This document shows positions 51,694-64,000 of a stretch of 64,000 nucleotides of DNA, piece by piece. The notes under the pieces were generated by a model that did not search any database, was not told the origin of the DNA, and was given only the letters and a program-made list of their open reading frames with translations. Every line of letters starts with the position of its first letter. Position 1 is the stretch's first letter. The DNA comes from Lama glama. Its lineage: Eukaryota. The stretch is from positions 67,024,001-67,088,000 of the forward strand of contig CM052817.1 of NCBI GenBank assembly GCA_028534125.1. Direction: 5' to 3'. The translations under genes were made by a program, and so were the position numbers.

Positions 51694-51840
51694 GGAGGAG
51701 AGGATAGTTCAGTGGTAGAGCATGTGCTTAGCATGCTTGAGGTCCTGGGTTCAGTCCTCAGTACCTCCATTAAAATAGGTAAATAAATGAATGTAATTAC
51801 CTCCCCACCCCCCCCAAAAAAACCCCAAAATTAAAAAAAA
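51694..51840 (+). mobile_element. tRNA-derived camelid-type SINE (Vic-1-like)
   Basis: A-box TAGTTCAGTGG, B-box-like GGTTCAGTCC, A-rich tail; homologous to the copies at 24278 and 57746. Confidence 0.88.
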
Positions 51841-53811
51841 ATTTCCTTTAGTCTGAAATTGCTCCTTTGTTAAAAAATGAGGATCATAATTATTTATCCT
51901 ACATCTACACTGTAGGACTGAGAGAAAGATAACAAAGAAGTATGAACATACTTTATAACTTTTGAACCAATATACAATGGTCATTTATTATGAATATCAA
52001 TTTCATAAATCCTGGTTGACTAACTGAAAGAGGAAGACAGAAGTTTGCATTCATTTTCCAGAAAGATCATGCATTGTTTCCGCGGAGCCTCAAGATGAAG
52101 ACTCAAGAGTGAAAAAAACAGAATTTTTATTTGTCTTCCCAGCCACCTCTAGTTAAGTGCCAAACCTTGGCATGTTCAAAGGCATTTTTCTTGTGTAACC
52201 TCCATAATCATGGACCAGTGCCTATGACAAAAAGCACACTCTAAATTAAGATGCAAATCAGAAGGGTCTAAGCCTCGAAGCAGCAAGCAACTATATTCAG
52301 AGATGCTTTTGCATTGCAGCTCACAGTGCAGAGAATCTAAGGATGGTAGCTGTGCCTTCTGATGCTGTCAATCATGTGAAGGCGTGAAGGCCATGCTCAG
52401 CCCCCATGCACTCTAACCAGTGATGGGTGTGCACATACCATTCTGTATGTCTTACTTGTTGAGTTTGCCTGAACACAGGAAGTTGCCACGTACAAGCTTG
52501 GCAAGAATTTTTCTCATGTTTAGTCTATTGAAAATGATCTTTTCAGAAAACTCCACCTCTCCAGCTTTGTCTTCAATGATTCATGAGGCTTTTATTTTTT
52601 TTCCTAGAGAATGAGTACTATTCTTTTGTCCTCTGATTGCTTTAAGGAAAAAATGGTGAGCTATTACTTAAAGATTAGTGCAAAATTGAAGACCCCGACA
52701 CTTCCTTCCTCATTTTCACCTGTCCCTAGTTCTCTCATTTCTATTATAGTTAGGCAAACAATTAAATGAATACACAGATAAAAATCCTCCACCCAGCTAA
52801 CACAGTTACTTCACAAATATTTTACCAAGAAAATTTTCCTTTTAGAATGAATACATAAATAGACAAGTGATGTGTAATATTTATTTTAGCCTCATCTGAT
52901 TTACTAAATTTAGAATACACTAATTCCTTTTAGGCCTAAGGCCATAAAAACTAGTATTTCCTGTCACGAATAATGTAGTCTCTTGCCTTGGAATGGGCAT
53001 CTAAAAATACACGTTTCTCATAAATGGATGGTTATATGCAAAAATAACTTAGGGTGTTTAAAGGGTTACTGGCAGGAATGAAGTGAAGAAGCATGTAAAC
53101 ATTTCCCTGAATTTCAACTCAGTGAAATAAAATTTCAAGGAAATCTCAGGTGATTTCAGAGATGCTGTAGGAGATTTTTTTTGGCCCTTTATTCTCTATC
53201 TATCAATATAAAATTCTCTCCATTGAACTTTTCTGCTTTTGAAGTGTGTAACATCAGTGTATTTCCATTGAGGATAAAAAGAACTTTAAAAATTTCAGTG
53301 TGCCTTGCTTTGGAGTTTACATTCCAATGTAAACTCACAAGAAGAAATATAACATTTCCTTATACTAACTTATAGGGAATTTCTCAGTTAAAAAATGTAA
53401 CTCATTAAGCTTTTAATATCAGCAATTGCTGCATGTAAGCATTATTTACAAATAATTTGCATGTTTATGAAGATGTTAGGACTGGTAAAGAAGGCACAAA
53501 GAAATTAGAAACTAAAATTTTAGGAGTAATTGAAATTTTCAAATCAATCAGATATATTCATAAAACTCTGTGCAGAAAATAAGTTAATGTTAGATATTAT
53601 GGCTGAATTTACAGAAATATCCTACTTCTTGTGAGAGTATATCACTAACCAAATTATACAAATGAATCACACCTATAAAAACCACTTATCAGATATGAAC
53701 CACTTACCTATGTACTAAGGTAAAATTACCACAATTTCTCTGTTCTTACGTTTTTAATATTTTGAATTTCATAATATCCCTCTACCTTGTGGGGTTTTTT
53801 TGCACTGATCT

Positions 53812-53812
<1 letters not shown>

Positions 53813-53853
<41 letters not shown>

Positions 53854-53860
53854 CATATAT

Positions 53861-53901
<41 letters not shown>
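53813..53901. repeat. (TG)n(TA)n compound microsatellite
   Basis: Direct reading. Confidence 0.95.
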
Positions 53902-53903
<2 letters not shown>

Positions 53904-53904
53904 G

Positions 53905-54840
53905 TTTATCTGATTGTTAAGTTAGTCTGTAGTGTCTTTAACTACTAATTATATCTAGAGATTCATTAGATTTAGGATAAATTTGAGGGAGCAGTACATC
54001 TTGAAGGGTGGTCATGTGGACTTCCCTATTACATGGGTTCATGAGATACATACCTATGGTAATCAAATTTACAAATTAATTTTTATCTTTTTTCTATTGT
54101 AAATGTTCCCATCAGCATTTCACCTTAATAATTTTGGCAAAATAATTTTTAAATAATCATTTCATTAGAGTCTACAAATGGTAATTTTTCAATTCTTATG
54201 TTTTGGCAGTATTTGTTAGCTACAATTCTCTTTTTAAAAACATTTAATCAACTGTTTGATTAGCTTTTATTACAGTTTATGTACAAAATAATGAGATTAT
54301 ATATATATATATATTTCTTATTGATCAATTTTAGAATGATGCTTTGGTGCCCTAGAAACCTTCAGTGCTGACCAGAGAGAGTATTTTTGTTATTATTATG
54401 TCCTTAGACTTTATTCATTTGATATGGTTCAATCCTTACTACCTTAGCCATTTACCAGAAGGAAACTCAAATACCATATGGAGGAAAATAATAACTAAAT
54501 CTGAAATTATTTGTACATTTAAAAATATTCAATGGAAGATACCCAATCAAAAATAACCAGGCATACAAAAACTCAAGGTAACATAATCACAATTTAAAAC
54601 GAATAAATAAAACATACAGTAGGAACAGATCCACAGAGCATCCAGATAATAAATACAGTGAAAGTCTAAAACTAAAATAAATGTACTTTATGTATTAAAT
54701 GAAATATAAGACAATATTGAGAACGTTGGCAGAGAACTGGAACCATGAAAAATAAGCAATAGAAAATTTTAAATTACATGCATAAATATAATTTTTAAAA
54801 TTAAAATATAAAATTCAGTGGAGGGATTTACAGAAGGTAA
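53905..54840. mobile_element. Old L1M fragments (antisense 3' piece, then sense ORF1-like piece)
   Basis: T-rich to about 54420, then A-rich with GGCAGAGAACTGGAACCATGAAAAATAAGCAATAGAAAATT. Confidence 0.5.
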
Positions 54841-54904
54841 CTGAGTATCTATCAAGGACAAGGCTTATAGTCATTCACGAATAGTTTCAAAGGGAAGAAA
54901 AATG

Positions 54905-55135
54905 GTGAGGTGAGATTTGCAAATATTAACTACTATATATATAAAATAGATAAACAAGTTTCTTCTGTATAGGACAGGGAACTATGTTCAATATCTTGTA
55001 ATAACCTTTAATGAAAAAGAATATGAAAATGAATATATGTATGTATATGCATGACAGGGACATTGTGCTGTATACCCGAAATTGACACATTGTAACTGAT
55101 TGTAGCTCAATTAAAAATAAACAAACAAACAAACA
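54905..55135 (+). mobile_element. 5'-truncated lineage-specific L1 3' end with (AAAC)n tail
   Basis: ACAGGGAACTATGTTCAATATCTTGTAATAACCTTTAATGAAAAAGAATATG...GAAATTGACACATTGTAACTGA. Confidence 0.88.
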
Positions 55136-55136
55136 G

Positions 55137-57355
55137 AAATGTATGCTATGAATCTTCCTTATAGTTTTCTCAAAGGGATCTGCAGCTATTTACCTGATAA
55201 CTGTGCTTTGGAGAAGAGTATCTAAAGAGCATTTAGCTATGTTTTTGGACACTGGCTCTGAACTGTCACTACACTTTGAAGACCCAAACCATCAGTGTGG
55301 ACCACCAATCTGAGTTAAGGCTTACAGGGGTCAGGTGGTTAATAAACTTCTAGTTAAGTGCAATCTCATCTCACAGTGGGCTTAGTGGGTTCCTGAAGTA
55401 ACCCTCTGATTATTTCTTCAGTTCTAGAAATTATACTGGAATGGACATACTCAATTACTACTTCTTCTTTCATCACAGATCTTCCTCCTGGAATTATTTT
55501 ATTTTTTCTTAAATGAGTTCAGAGGCCATTATGTTAGGAAAGGCTATGTGGAAGCCACTAGGACTGCCTCTACCTACCAAATAGAAGTTGCATCCTGGAA
55601 GTTTTTCAGAGATTAGTACCATTATCAAAAATCTGAAAGAAGTGTGATATGGTGACTTTTATCATATCCCCATTCAACTCACCTATTTGGCCTACTTGGA
55701 AGACAGAAGGATCTTGCAGAATGACAGTGGATTATTAAAAATCTTATGAGGTGGTGACTTCAATTGTAGCCACCATTTCAGATGTGATTTTGATGCTGGA
55801 GCAAATAGACATGTTCTCCAGCACCTGGAATGCATCAATTAATGTAACAAATGTTACCTTGATTTACATATGCTATCTCCTTATTGGGAACTGTTTGCTT
55901 TCACATGATAGAGCCAGAGACATACCTTCACTGTTCTATACTAAGGCAATATCAGCTTCCAAGTCGCGTATCATAATCTTGTCCATAGATACTTTGATGA
56001 GCTCTCCATTCCAGAATGTCACAAATTCATTAAATTAATGATAGAAATCTCCTTGGATACAGTGAAAAGGAAGGAGTAGCTTCTCTAGACACATTGATAA
56101 TTTACATGTGTACCAGAGGGAAGGAGATAAATGCCACAAAAATTCAATAGTTTGCTGTTCTGGTGAAATTTCTAGAGTTCAAGTGTCTGGAACATGTAAA
56201 GATATGACTTTCAGAGTGATAGGAAAATTTGATGTATCTGGAAACTGGTTCATGCTTATGAAATTTATTGATTCCCATGGCCACCATCACTCCAAAGCAG
56301 CTAGCATGACAAAATAGTGAAAAAGCTTTTAGGAGATTCTGTTACTGGTCCAGATGGGCGCATCAGCTTCTGGGGTTGGAATAATGTCTCCCAGGATGTG
56401 GTATATGTCGTAAATTAGTGACCAGTGTTTAGTGCTGTTTATCCCACAGCAAACATTCATAACTCAGGAAACGAGGAATAAAATGTGGGGGTAATTCTCT
56501 TACTCTTACTCCTAGGAAATGAACTATTAGTGACAGTTTTACTTCCTGCCCTCATGTCTTTGGGCTCTGCTGCTCAGTATGTCTCAGTTCCCAAGGAATG
56601 AATACTCCCACCAGGGGACACAATTGCTTTATTAAACTAGAAGTAGAGACTGCCACCTGGCCACTTTTAAATTCTCATGACAATGAATCCGCTGGCAAAG
56701 AAGGGGATTATACTGTACTCTCTGAAATAATTGATCCTGACTCTTCAGGGAAAATCAATTTGCTACTCTAGGGTAGGAAGACATATGCCTGGGATGAAGG
56801 AGATGCCTTGGGTACCCTCTTAGTGCCCCATGTTTTGTGATAAAGGAAATGGAAAACTACAAGTACTCAATATGAGCAGGACCGCTAAAGCCCAGACCTT
56901 TCTGAAATGCAGGTTTGTGTCATCCTCTTAGGCAAGGAATCACAGTCTGCAGAGGAGCTCACTGAGGGCAAAGGAAATACAGAAGTGCCAAGTTTTACCT
57001 ACCAGCTACACACTAATACTTATGAGTACCTTGTCCTTGTTTTTCTATGACTATGTGTGCATGAGTTCATCAATTCTTTATAAATTTCATAACCCCTATA
57101 ATTTAACTTAAGTGTATTAATACTGCTTAACCATATCCAGTATTTAAAATGTGCCTCTGCTGGATGAGAAAAAACATGGAGATAAAGTGACATGAGGATT
57201 TTTATCCTTTTTTTTGGAGAGAAGGCTAGTGTTTTTTTTTGGTATGAAGTTTACCTACTTCATGTTAGCTGGAAGCATGACTTTGCTTTTATCTTTATTT
57301 GGGGAATAAGTTTGGTTAAGAGATACTTACACATATCTCAGGTTGAAAGAAGTGG
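55137..57355 (+). mobile_element. Decayed ERV-L internal region: protease, RT, partial integrase, dUTPase remnants
   Basis: LDTGSEL at 55245-55265; ISPFNSPIWPTWKTEGSCRMTVDY* from 55664 continuing into VTSIVATISDV; LPPGDT...RLPPGHF from 56581 and IIDPD near 56727; many stops and frameshifts. Confidence 0.9.
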
Positions 57356-57444
57356 ATTGGGTTGTTTTCCTATTTTGTCAGTTTAGCTAAACTAAACATA
57401 TCCTAGAATTTCTCTCCCTAACCTCCATGGTTTCAGGTTACAGT

Positions 57445-58211
57445 TGTGTTGACAGTTGAGCTAAACTTCTCCATAATAGTGCCGTCATGGCATCCGTTCT
57501 GTGTGGCCAAGGGGCCTGCAGGGGCCCTGAACTGACACTAGCTCCTCCGCCCCCCAGCACATGCCCTAGGAAACAGCCCAAGAGTCACAAGTAGATGTGA
57601 CCCGACTCTAGATATGATGGTATCCTCATATGATGCCTTAACTGCACTTCTGACAAGCACTCTCCCTGCCTTCCTGGGCCTCTCTCTTGTGCCCCCTTAG
57701 ATAAGACTCCTCAGGAAGTTTACCAAAACCCTGCCTTTTTAAAATAATTTTTTGGGGGCAAGGGGAAGATAATGAGGTCTATTTATTTATTTATTTTAAT
57801 GGAGGCACTGGGGATTGAACCCAGGACCTCGTGCATGCTAAGCATGCACCCTACCCCTGGACTATACCCTTTCCCATCTTTTTTTTTTTTTCCTTAATTT
57901 ATTTTTAATGCTTAAAAACTTTGCCTTTTTAAAATTTGAATTGATCAATCTAGTCTTAGCCTGGGAACCCCAAAGCCCTCCACCTGTAGATCCTAATAAA
58001 GGCATATGCCCAAAGTCCTGCTGCCTTCTCTCGGTCTGCGCTGGGCCCTGACATCCATGCCTGACCCCTGGAGGCATGCTGTGTAAGTGCCCCAGGACCT
58101 GTGAGTTGTAAATGTCTCTATTTCTATTCCCTTGTGGTCTTTTATTGAACCCTGCCTTACCATCAACACCCTGGGGCACTATACCACAAATATTAACTTA
58201 ACAAATTCACA
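57445..58211 (+). mobile_element. Younger solo LTR nested in the MLT2 LTR
   Basis: TGTG...CACA termini with exact 5-bp TSD ACAGT (57440-57444, 58212-58216); alternative ends 57447-58214 TGTTG...CAACA; AATAAA at 57995-58000. Confidence 0.75.
57746..57875 (-). mobile_element. tRNA-derived camelid-type SINE nested in the solo LTR
   Basis: GGGGATTGAACCCAGGACCTCGTGCATGCTAAGCATGCAC (reverse B-box and body); flanking repeat AAAAC(CC/TT)TGCCTTTTTAAAAT. Confidence 0.9.
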
Positions 58212-58706
58212 ACAGTTTGGCTACAAGAGGAATTTCCGTGAGATTTGGAAAAAAGGAGTAAAAAGCAGTCCTTGCCCTCTGAAGGCCAGAGTTTGGCACC
58301 AGGCAGTGATGAAGTTTTCGTGCGTAGTTGGTGATGTCTTGTTGGAGTAGAGCCTGCAGTCCTTTGATCTACCAAAAATTTCCTCAAGCTGGTTCCTGGG
58401 TCAGGTGATTGTGCAATTTAGTGTCAAAGGGCATCAACTAAAAGCTTGAATTAGCCACAAGCACTGAAAGATTTATGGTGGCCTTCTTCCCCGTATGTCA
58501 CCCAAAATAAATATCAATAATAATTTGTAAAATAAACATGATATACCCAACTAATTTCTAATTATTTCTAAGATAATAATTTCAATAAATGAAAACAATA
58601 TACGAAATGCCAAACTCTTCCAAATTATCTCTACCTTCTCTCTCTCCTTTTGATATTTCTGCTTTTCTACTACACTAAGTACATGCTTAGTCTAACTGTT
58701 GGAAAT

Positions 58707-59232
58707 TGTAGCAGATTGATTGCAAAAATAGTTCTAGTTTCTTCTCTCCATTTGTCTACCACCTTTGCAATGCGACACTGCAGCTCCTTCCACGAAGAGG
58801 TGGAGTCTTTTTCCCATTCCTTGATTCTGAGCTGAACTGTTAACAAGTTTCGGACAATAAATTACAGTCGAATGGCACAGTGCCAGTCCTGAGCTTGGGT
58901 CTCTGTTGTCCTTGTGCTGCTTTTCTAGCTCAGTGGTCTGTGCAAACCTGAGCCAGCCTGCTCGGAGATGAAGACCATGTGGAAGACAGGCCAGTTGCAT
59001 CAGCTGAGGCTTCCTATACCTGTCTTCCACTAGCGGACGTGCGACAAGTGAGGGAGCTCAGCCAACACCACCAGAACTGTCTGCCTGACCAACAGCTGTC
59101 CGAGGGTTAGGAAAAAGCCAAACTGAGACCAGAAAAAAAGACATAACGCATAGACTCGTGAGTCATAAAAACTGGTTTTTCTTTTAAGCCCACTGGCTGT
59201 TGAGATGGTTTGTTATACACCGACAGCTAAAT
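58707..59232 (+). mobile_element. MLT1F/G-like MaLR LTR
   Basis: TGTAGCAGATTGATTGCAAAAATAG...GAAGAGGTGGAGTCT...TTTTAAGCCCACT...GGTTTGTTATACAC. Confidence 0.75.
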
Positions 59233-59284
59233 AGAGAAATAGGTAAAGATAGATAAATAGATAGAAAAATCTAGCACTGGTAAT

Positions 59285-59700
59285 TGTCAAGCTGGAGTGT
59301 ATACAGAGGAGAGTGATTAACCCATCAGGATGTCTGAAAATCAAGCTATATGAGGATGGATTGAAAGGATTAGGATGTTTAGTATAGAGAAGAAGAATTT
59401 TAGGAAGGACTAATGGCTCCCCTCAAATAATTGATGAGCTGTTATGTAAAATGCAGTTATATTTACCCAGCATAAATTCGGACAAAATTGTAAACATTGG
59501 CAGATATGAGATGATGAAAAACATTGCATTAGAGTTATATACATTGTAGAACTAGCTCACATTTATCTGGTAGGGATGGTGCCTTACGATGCAGTTACTT
59601 TTTCTCATTAAAAATGTTCATACAGAGTGGATGACCTTTTCATAGGTTTGTTTCAAAAAGGCAATTTCCTCTTTGGCTTAGAGTTTTGGCTAAGTGACAT
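59285..59700 (+). mobile_element. L3/CR1 LINE 3' fragment
   Basis: Translates as KLECIQRRV...YEDGLKGLG/MFSIEKK, resembling the CR1 ORF2 C-terminal LERVQRRA...YEERLKELGLFSLEKRR. Confidence 0.7.
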
Positions 59701-60044
59701 ATAAGATTAATTTTAATGTCAAAATTGTACGTATGGTGAGATTTTATGTTTCCTTTAGTTAAATATACTTTTTATAACGATTAATACTCAAGAATTTATA
59801 TTGTTTAAGTACCAATAATCTGCTTACTTGGTTTCCATTCATTTTGGTTTGAATTGATGCTGCTGTAGCCACACTGAGTAGAATAATCTGAAAAGCCATC
59901 TACCCCTTTACCATCACTAGAGCTGTTTGTTAACGTGTGTTCTGAGTTCCAAAGAATTCACTTCAAAAGAGACTATTGAGTAACAACCAATTTTGAAACC
60001 CAAGACAAAAAATTCATATAGAGATAATAATACATATTTATTTC

Positions 60045-61680
60045 TATTCCTTTATTCAACAAATACCTATAGATTTCCTAATATTTGCTTGGCATTGATC
60101 TAAGCACTGGGGGGATATGTTCATAAACAAGTGAAGCCTTACTTACAGAAAGCTTATCTTCTAGAAAGGAAGAAAAGCAATAAACAAATAGGAATTCTAT
60201 GTAGTGTGAGGTAGTGATAAATAAGGCCAGGCAAGGGGACATTAATTGATGGGGGAGTCAGTCTTGCAGATGAGTGATCAGGGAAGTTGTCTCTGCAGAG
60301 GGGACATCTAAGCACAGGCCTGACTGGAGCTGGGAAACAAACCTAGTGAATGAGGGAAACCATCTACCAAACAGATGGGAAAGCCCTTGGGGAAGAAGCT
60401 TTGCTAGGCATATTCAAAGACATGCAAGAAAAGCTACACGCTGAAATGAGGTGAGGGAAAAGAAAGCATCAGGAAGAAATTAGAGGCGTAGATGGTGGCT
60501 AGCTCGTGTGAGGCACAATAAGTCACGGTAAGAACATTGTATTTTATTTAGAACATGATGTAAAGCCACTGGAAGTTTGAGCCTAGGCACTTGGCATGAT
60601 ATGTATACTATTTCCTACAGTTCACTCTTACTTTTTAAGGACACTAAGCTATGAGTGGGGTGGAGAGAGGAGGCAGAGCTCATTGTTCCTCAGCCCAGTT
60701 GCTTTCATATCTATGCTCTTCTTTCAGAAAGTTTTGTTCTGTATCATTGGAGGAATGGGATGGACCCTTGGTACTGTATTTTCTAGGCTTCCTTATGAAA
60801 GAGCTGGGCCAGACAATAGCAGGTGGAGGGAAGAGAGAAGCTAGGTCATTTTAAACTTCTTTTTCTGTGCCTCATCACTGGTTATGATCTGAGTGAATTA
60901 CAGTGGTTCTGCTTCAGCAGTGAACATACTTTTGGGTTCTAGTTATGCTTCCTCTTTTTGAACCTTAGCCTATAGGTGGGAAATTCTCTAGGGTGATTTG
61001 TTTTGTCTAGTTGGACTCTGATTGAAACAAGGGGCAAAAAGTGAAGCGGGAATACTGTCAGACAATTCCAGTTATCTAGGAGAGAGAAGAGACAGTTGAA
61101 TGCTCTGTAACAGCCAGGAATAAGGTAAAAATGATGAGATTTGGGATCTCCTTTGAATGCAGAACTAACAGGGCATGTGAAAGGGTTGGATGACTAGCAT
61201 AGTAAAAGGAAAAAAATTTAAAAAGTCTTCATGAGTTTGAAAAACTGAGTAAAGGCAATATCATTGGCAGATACAGCGAAGATTGAAGAAGGAAGAGATT
61301 AGAAGGGAGGGCATACCCATCAAGAGTTCTGTTTAGTGAAAGTTGACATGGATGTGGCCATGTGATGTCTATATAGGGGATCAGGTTGAAAGTTAAAAAT
61401 ATAAATTCAGGGTTTAGGAAAGCACTTTGGTTTAGAGATATATGGGTGGATTGGATTATTGATATAATAAGGTCATGAAATTTGAAGAAAGTTCTTAGGA
61501 ACTGGCAATACATAGAGAAAAATCAATAACTGAGGACTAAGCCCCACTGCACTCTAGTATTTAGAAATTAGAGAGAGGGAAAGAAACCCTCAGAGGAGAG
61601 CAAGAAGGCATAACTAGTGAAGCAAGAGGAAAAAGAGAAAAGCAGTATTCCTGAAAGTCAAGTGAAGAAAGCTTTTGTAG
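60045..61680 (-). mobile_element. L2 (L2a-like) long fragment, interrupted at about 60620-61020 by a probable LTR fragment
   Basis: TTTATTCAACAAATACC tail; GATCAGGGAAG...GAAGTTTGAGC; GAGGACTAAGCCC...CTGAAAGTCAAGTGAAGAAAG. Confidence 0.75.
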
Positions 61681-63794
61681 ATGTGATACCCAGCTGATAA
61701 AGCGTTTTGTGTCATTTACATCCCCTTCCACCTCTCTCTCTGTATATTTATCTGTATCTCTATCTTTATCTCAATCTCTCTTTTGTTTTCTTCCTTTCTT
61801 CTTTCATTGCTTTGTTCAGTTACTTAACCAATCTAAACTGAGAGCTTGCTAGGTATACTATGCTAGTTAATTCAGAACTCAGATACAGGAGGCCTTGAAT
61901 AAGAATTGTTAATAGTAGTCTCTTGGACAAGAGTCAGTTTTCCCAGACTGTCCTTTTAAACAAAGAATGATAAAGTTTATTTTTAGAAGACAAGGCATAA
62001 CTTAACCTAGAAAACAAACCCATTATCCTACATTTTAGGAAAAGAATGAGATTTACACCTTGCTTTGCACTTTATTTGCATTTACCCATACAAAAATATG
62101 TATATATGCATAAATATTTTACACTCAACTCTACCATATTTACTCACAGCATCTTGCAGTGAAAATTTAAAAACATGTTTTCTCATCTCATAACTTTATT
62201 TTTCTGCTGGAAATGGCAAATGCAATAGAATCTTCTCCAGAGCTCCTTGTTTCTTTGTGACAATCCAAGGGTTAAATTAAAGGAGAAGTCAGCTCCTTGT
62301 CCTTGGCTCAGAGAAAAGCTAAATGTAGCATCCACTTATTTCCACCGCATTCTGTTTTGCTCGTTCCTCTATTAGGACTGAGCATGTAGCCTTCATTTTT
62401 TTTTTTAATCCGCAGCCAAGATGCACCTCAAAAGTGAGGAGATATCCAGAATATGGATTGGATCTAATTCTTAAAATCAAAGATAGGTAAGCTCCAAGGT
62501 TAAAATTGGAAAGCTCAGGAAATCCTAAGTGCAAACAGCACCTTTCAATCAACTGCAAATCATTTCCTGTTCCCTTGTCTCTGAAATGCAGGATTGCAGC
62601 CTCACTGCAATTTTTCTTTCTAAATTAAGAAGCACATTTCAGGTATCTAAGAAGCAGCTGAGTGAAGCAAGGGATTTTAGAACTGGATTCCATTCAATTT
62701 TGCTACCGGTTTATTTTATCATTACATTTTCACAGGTTGGGGGTGAGAGTTTTAGAATTTAATGAAGGTCATTAAAGGAAGAAAAATGGCAGCAAAATGG
62801 AACTTGATGTTTTAGAGTAAAAAAATAGGAAAATGGAGAAAGCATAATATGATGTTAAAATTCTACACTTTTAATTCCTTTTTCCCAGGATAACTATGAA
62901 TTACACGTGACAAATAAGATACATTAAAGAGACTAAGCCTTGTAACACAATTGTATTTAACTACAGAACTTTCTATATTCAACCTTATTCAGACCATTAA
63001 AAGCTGATGCTTACATGTTTATAGTCTTTAAACATTAGAATTGGGATTTAAATGTAAGAGAAAAGACAAGACCAGGCCCTCATGTTAACCTACAGTTAGC
63101 TCACATAAACAGCCCAACCTCCTCCGGAATAAACTACAAAGTACATATTTTAGTCTTTTAATAACAGTAGGTTCTGTCATGGCTAAATTTATTTCTGAAG
63201 TGTGTATACCCAGAGTGTGCCTAAAGAAATTCAATCTGCAGAAGGTTTTAGTGACCTCAGACGAAAATGGCTGTATTTAGCTAGGTTAAAAAATCAGACA
63301 AAGGAATAATTCCTCCTTAATTCCTCTCATTAGAAGCCGTATCTAGCAGAGACCAAGACCTTTTGTAAAGCTTTCCATCTGCCCAATTTACCTGTATAGT
63401 GATGATGTATGGTAAATGACCTCCATTGAAGGTCAAAGAATAAAGAATCAAAATTAAGATATAATTGAGGGAAAACAAAGAGAAAAAAAAGAAACAGAAA
63501 ACACAAAGTTTTATAGATACCAGGAAACATTAGATAAAGACACGAATCTTGCTATTCTATCCATTAGGGAATTAATGCCATTCTGAGATGACATGGATAT
63601 GCCCCATTTAGTCCACTGTGAGGTTTGAAACCCAACTGTAGTATCAGAGTTATCCATCCCTTACCCTTGGGTTCCACTGGTTTTCATTCATTCACGATGT
63701 CCAAAAATCAGAGAAGAGAATGAACCCTTTGGGGATGTTTGAGAGGAAAATGAAAAGTGTCTGTTAACATTGAGGGCTGTAAGCAGATACTGGC

Positions 63795-64000
63795 TATGGA
63801 AGGCAGACTCTAAGAAGGCCCCAAATGATCCCTGACTCCTCATTTTCACATCCTTAAGTAATCTGCCCTAAATTAGCCTGGGTTTGGTTGCTTAATTCCA
63901 ATGAGTTCATTATAGCAGAAACAATGGGATGTCAATTCAAAGATTAAGTTTTTAAAAAGGTTGTGGCTCCTGTCTTGGGCAGAATCTGTGCTCTGGGGAA
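63795..64000 (+). mobile_element. MLT1E/F-like MaLR LTR 5' part, runs off the window
   Basis: GGCAGACTCTAAGAAGGCCCCAAATGATCCCTGACTCCTC...GGGATGTCAATTCAAAGATTAAG. Confidence 0.7.

Larger units (their letters stand above)
57357..58440 (+). mobile_element. MLT2-type 3' LTR of the ERV-L, split by a younger LTR
   Basis: Follows PPT-like GTTGAAAGAAGTGGA; TGTCAGTTTAGCTAAACT...CCTAGAATTTCTCTCCC...GGTTACAGT resumes as TTGGCTACAAGAGGAATTTCCGTGAGATTTGG at 58217. Confidence 0.65.

Noticed and set aside
51694..51770. tRNA-like sequences here and at 24278 and 57800-57875
   Set aside because: SINE heads with A-rich tails and shared non-tRNA 3' parts, not tRNA genes
55751..56038. 95-aa ORF with RT similarity as a functional gene
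   Set aside because: Fragment of a stop- and frameshift-riddled ERV-L pol; no intact YxDD catalytic motif seen
1..64000. CRISPR arrays, operons or other prokaryotic/phage systems
   Set aside because: No repeat-spacer arrays or dense coding regions; the sequence is clearly mammalian repeat-rich DNA

Overview
Non-coding, AT-rich, repeat-dense placental-mammal DNA, either intergenic or deep intronic. It is most likely camelid, inferred from three tRNA-derived SINEs matching the camelid Vic-1-type pattern and camelid-type L1 3' ends. I found no host protein-coding exon I can recognise; the supplied ORFs are chance ORFs, low-complexity or N-gap artefacts, or retroelement remnants. The window contains old L2, MIR, L3/CR1, L1M, MaLR/ERVL LTRs and Tigger/Kanga DNA-transposon relics, three younger solo LTRs, a decayed ERV-L provirus (pro, RT, partial IN, dUTPase) with nested insertions, microsatellites and a 500-N assembly gap. 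The best leads are an unexplained GC-rich insert splitting an L2 with a small hydrophobic ORF, a ~120 bp fold-back, a perfect DR4 element, and several repeat-free motif-rich blocks that may be enhancers or promoters. I do not see convincing evidence of a new biological system. Repeat family names come from recalled consensus features, not a search, and boundaries of old repeats are approximate.
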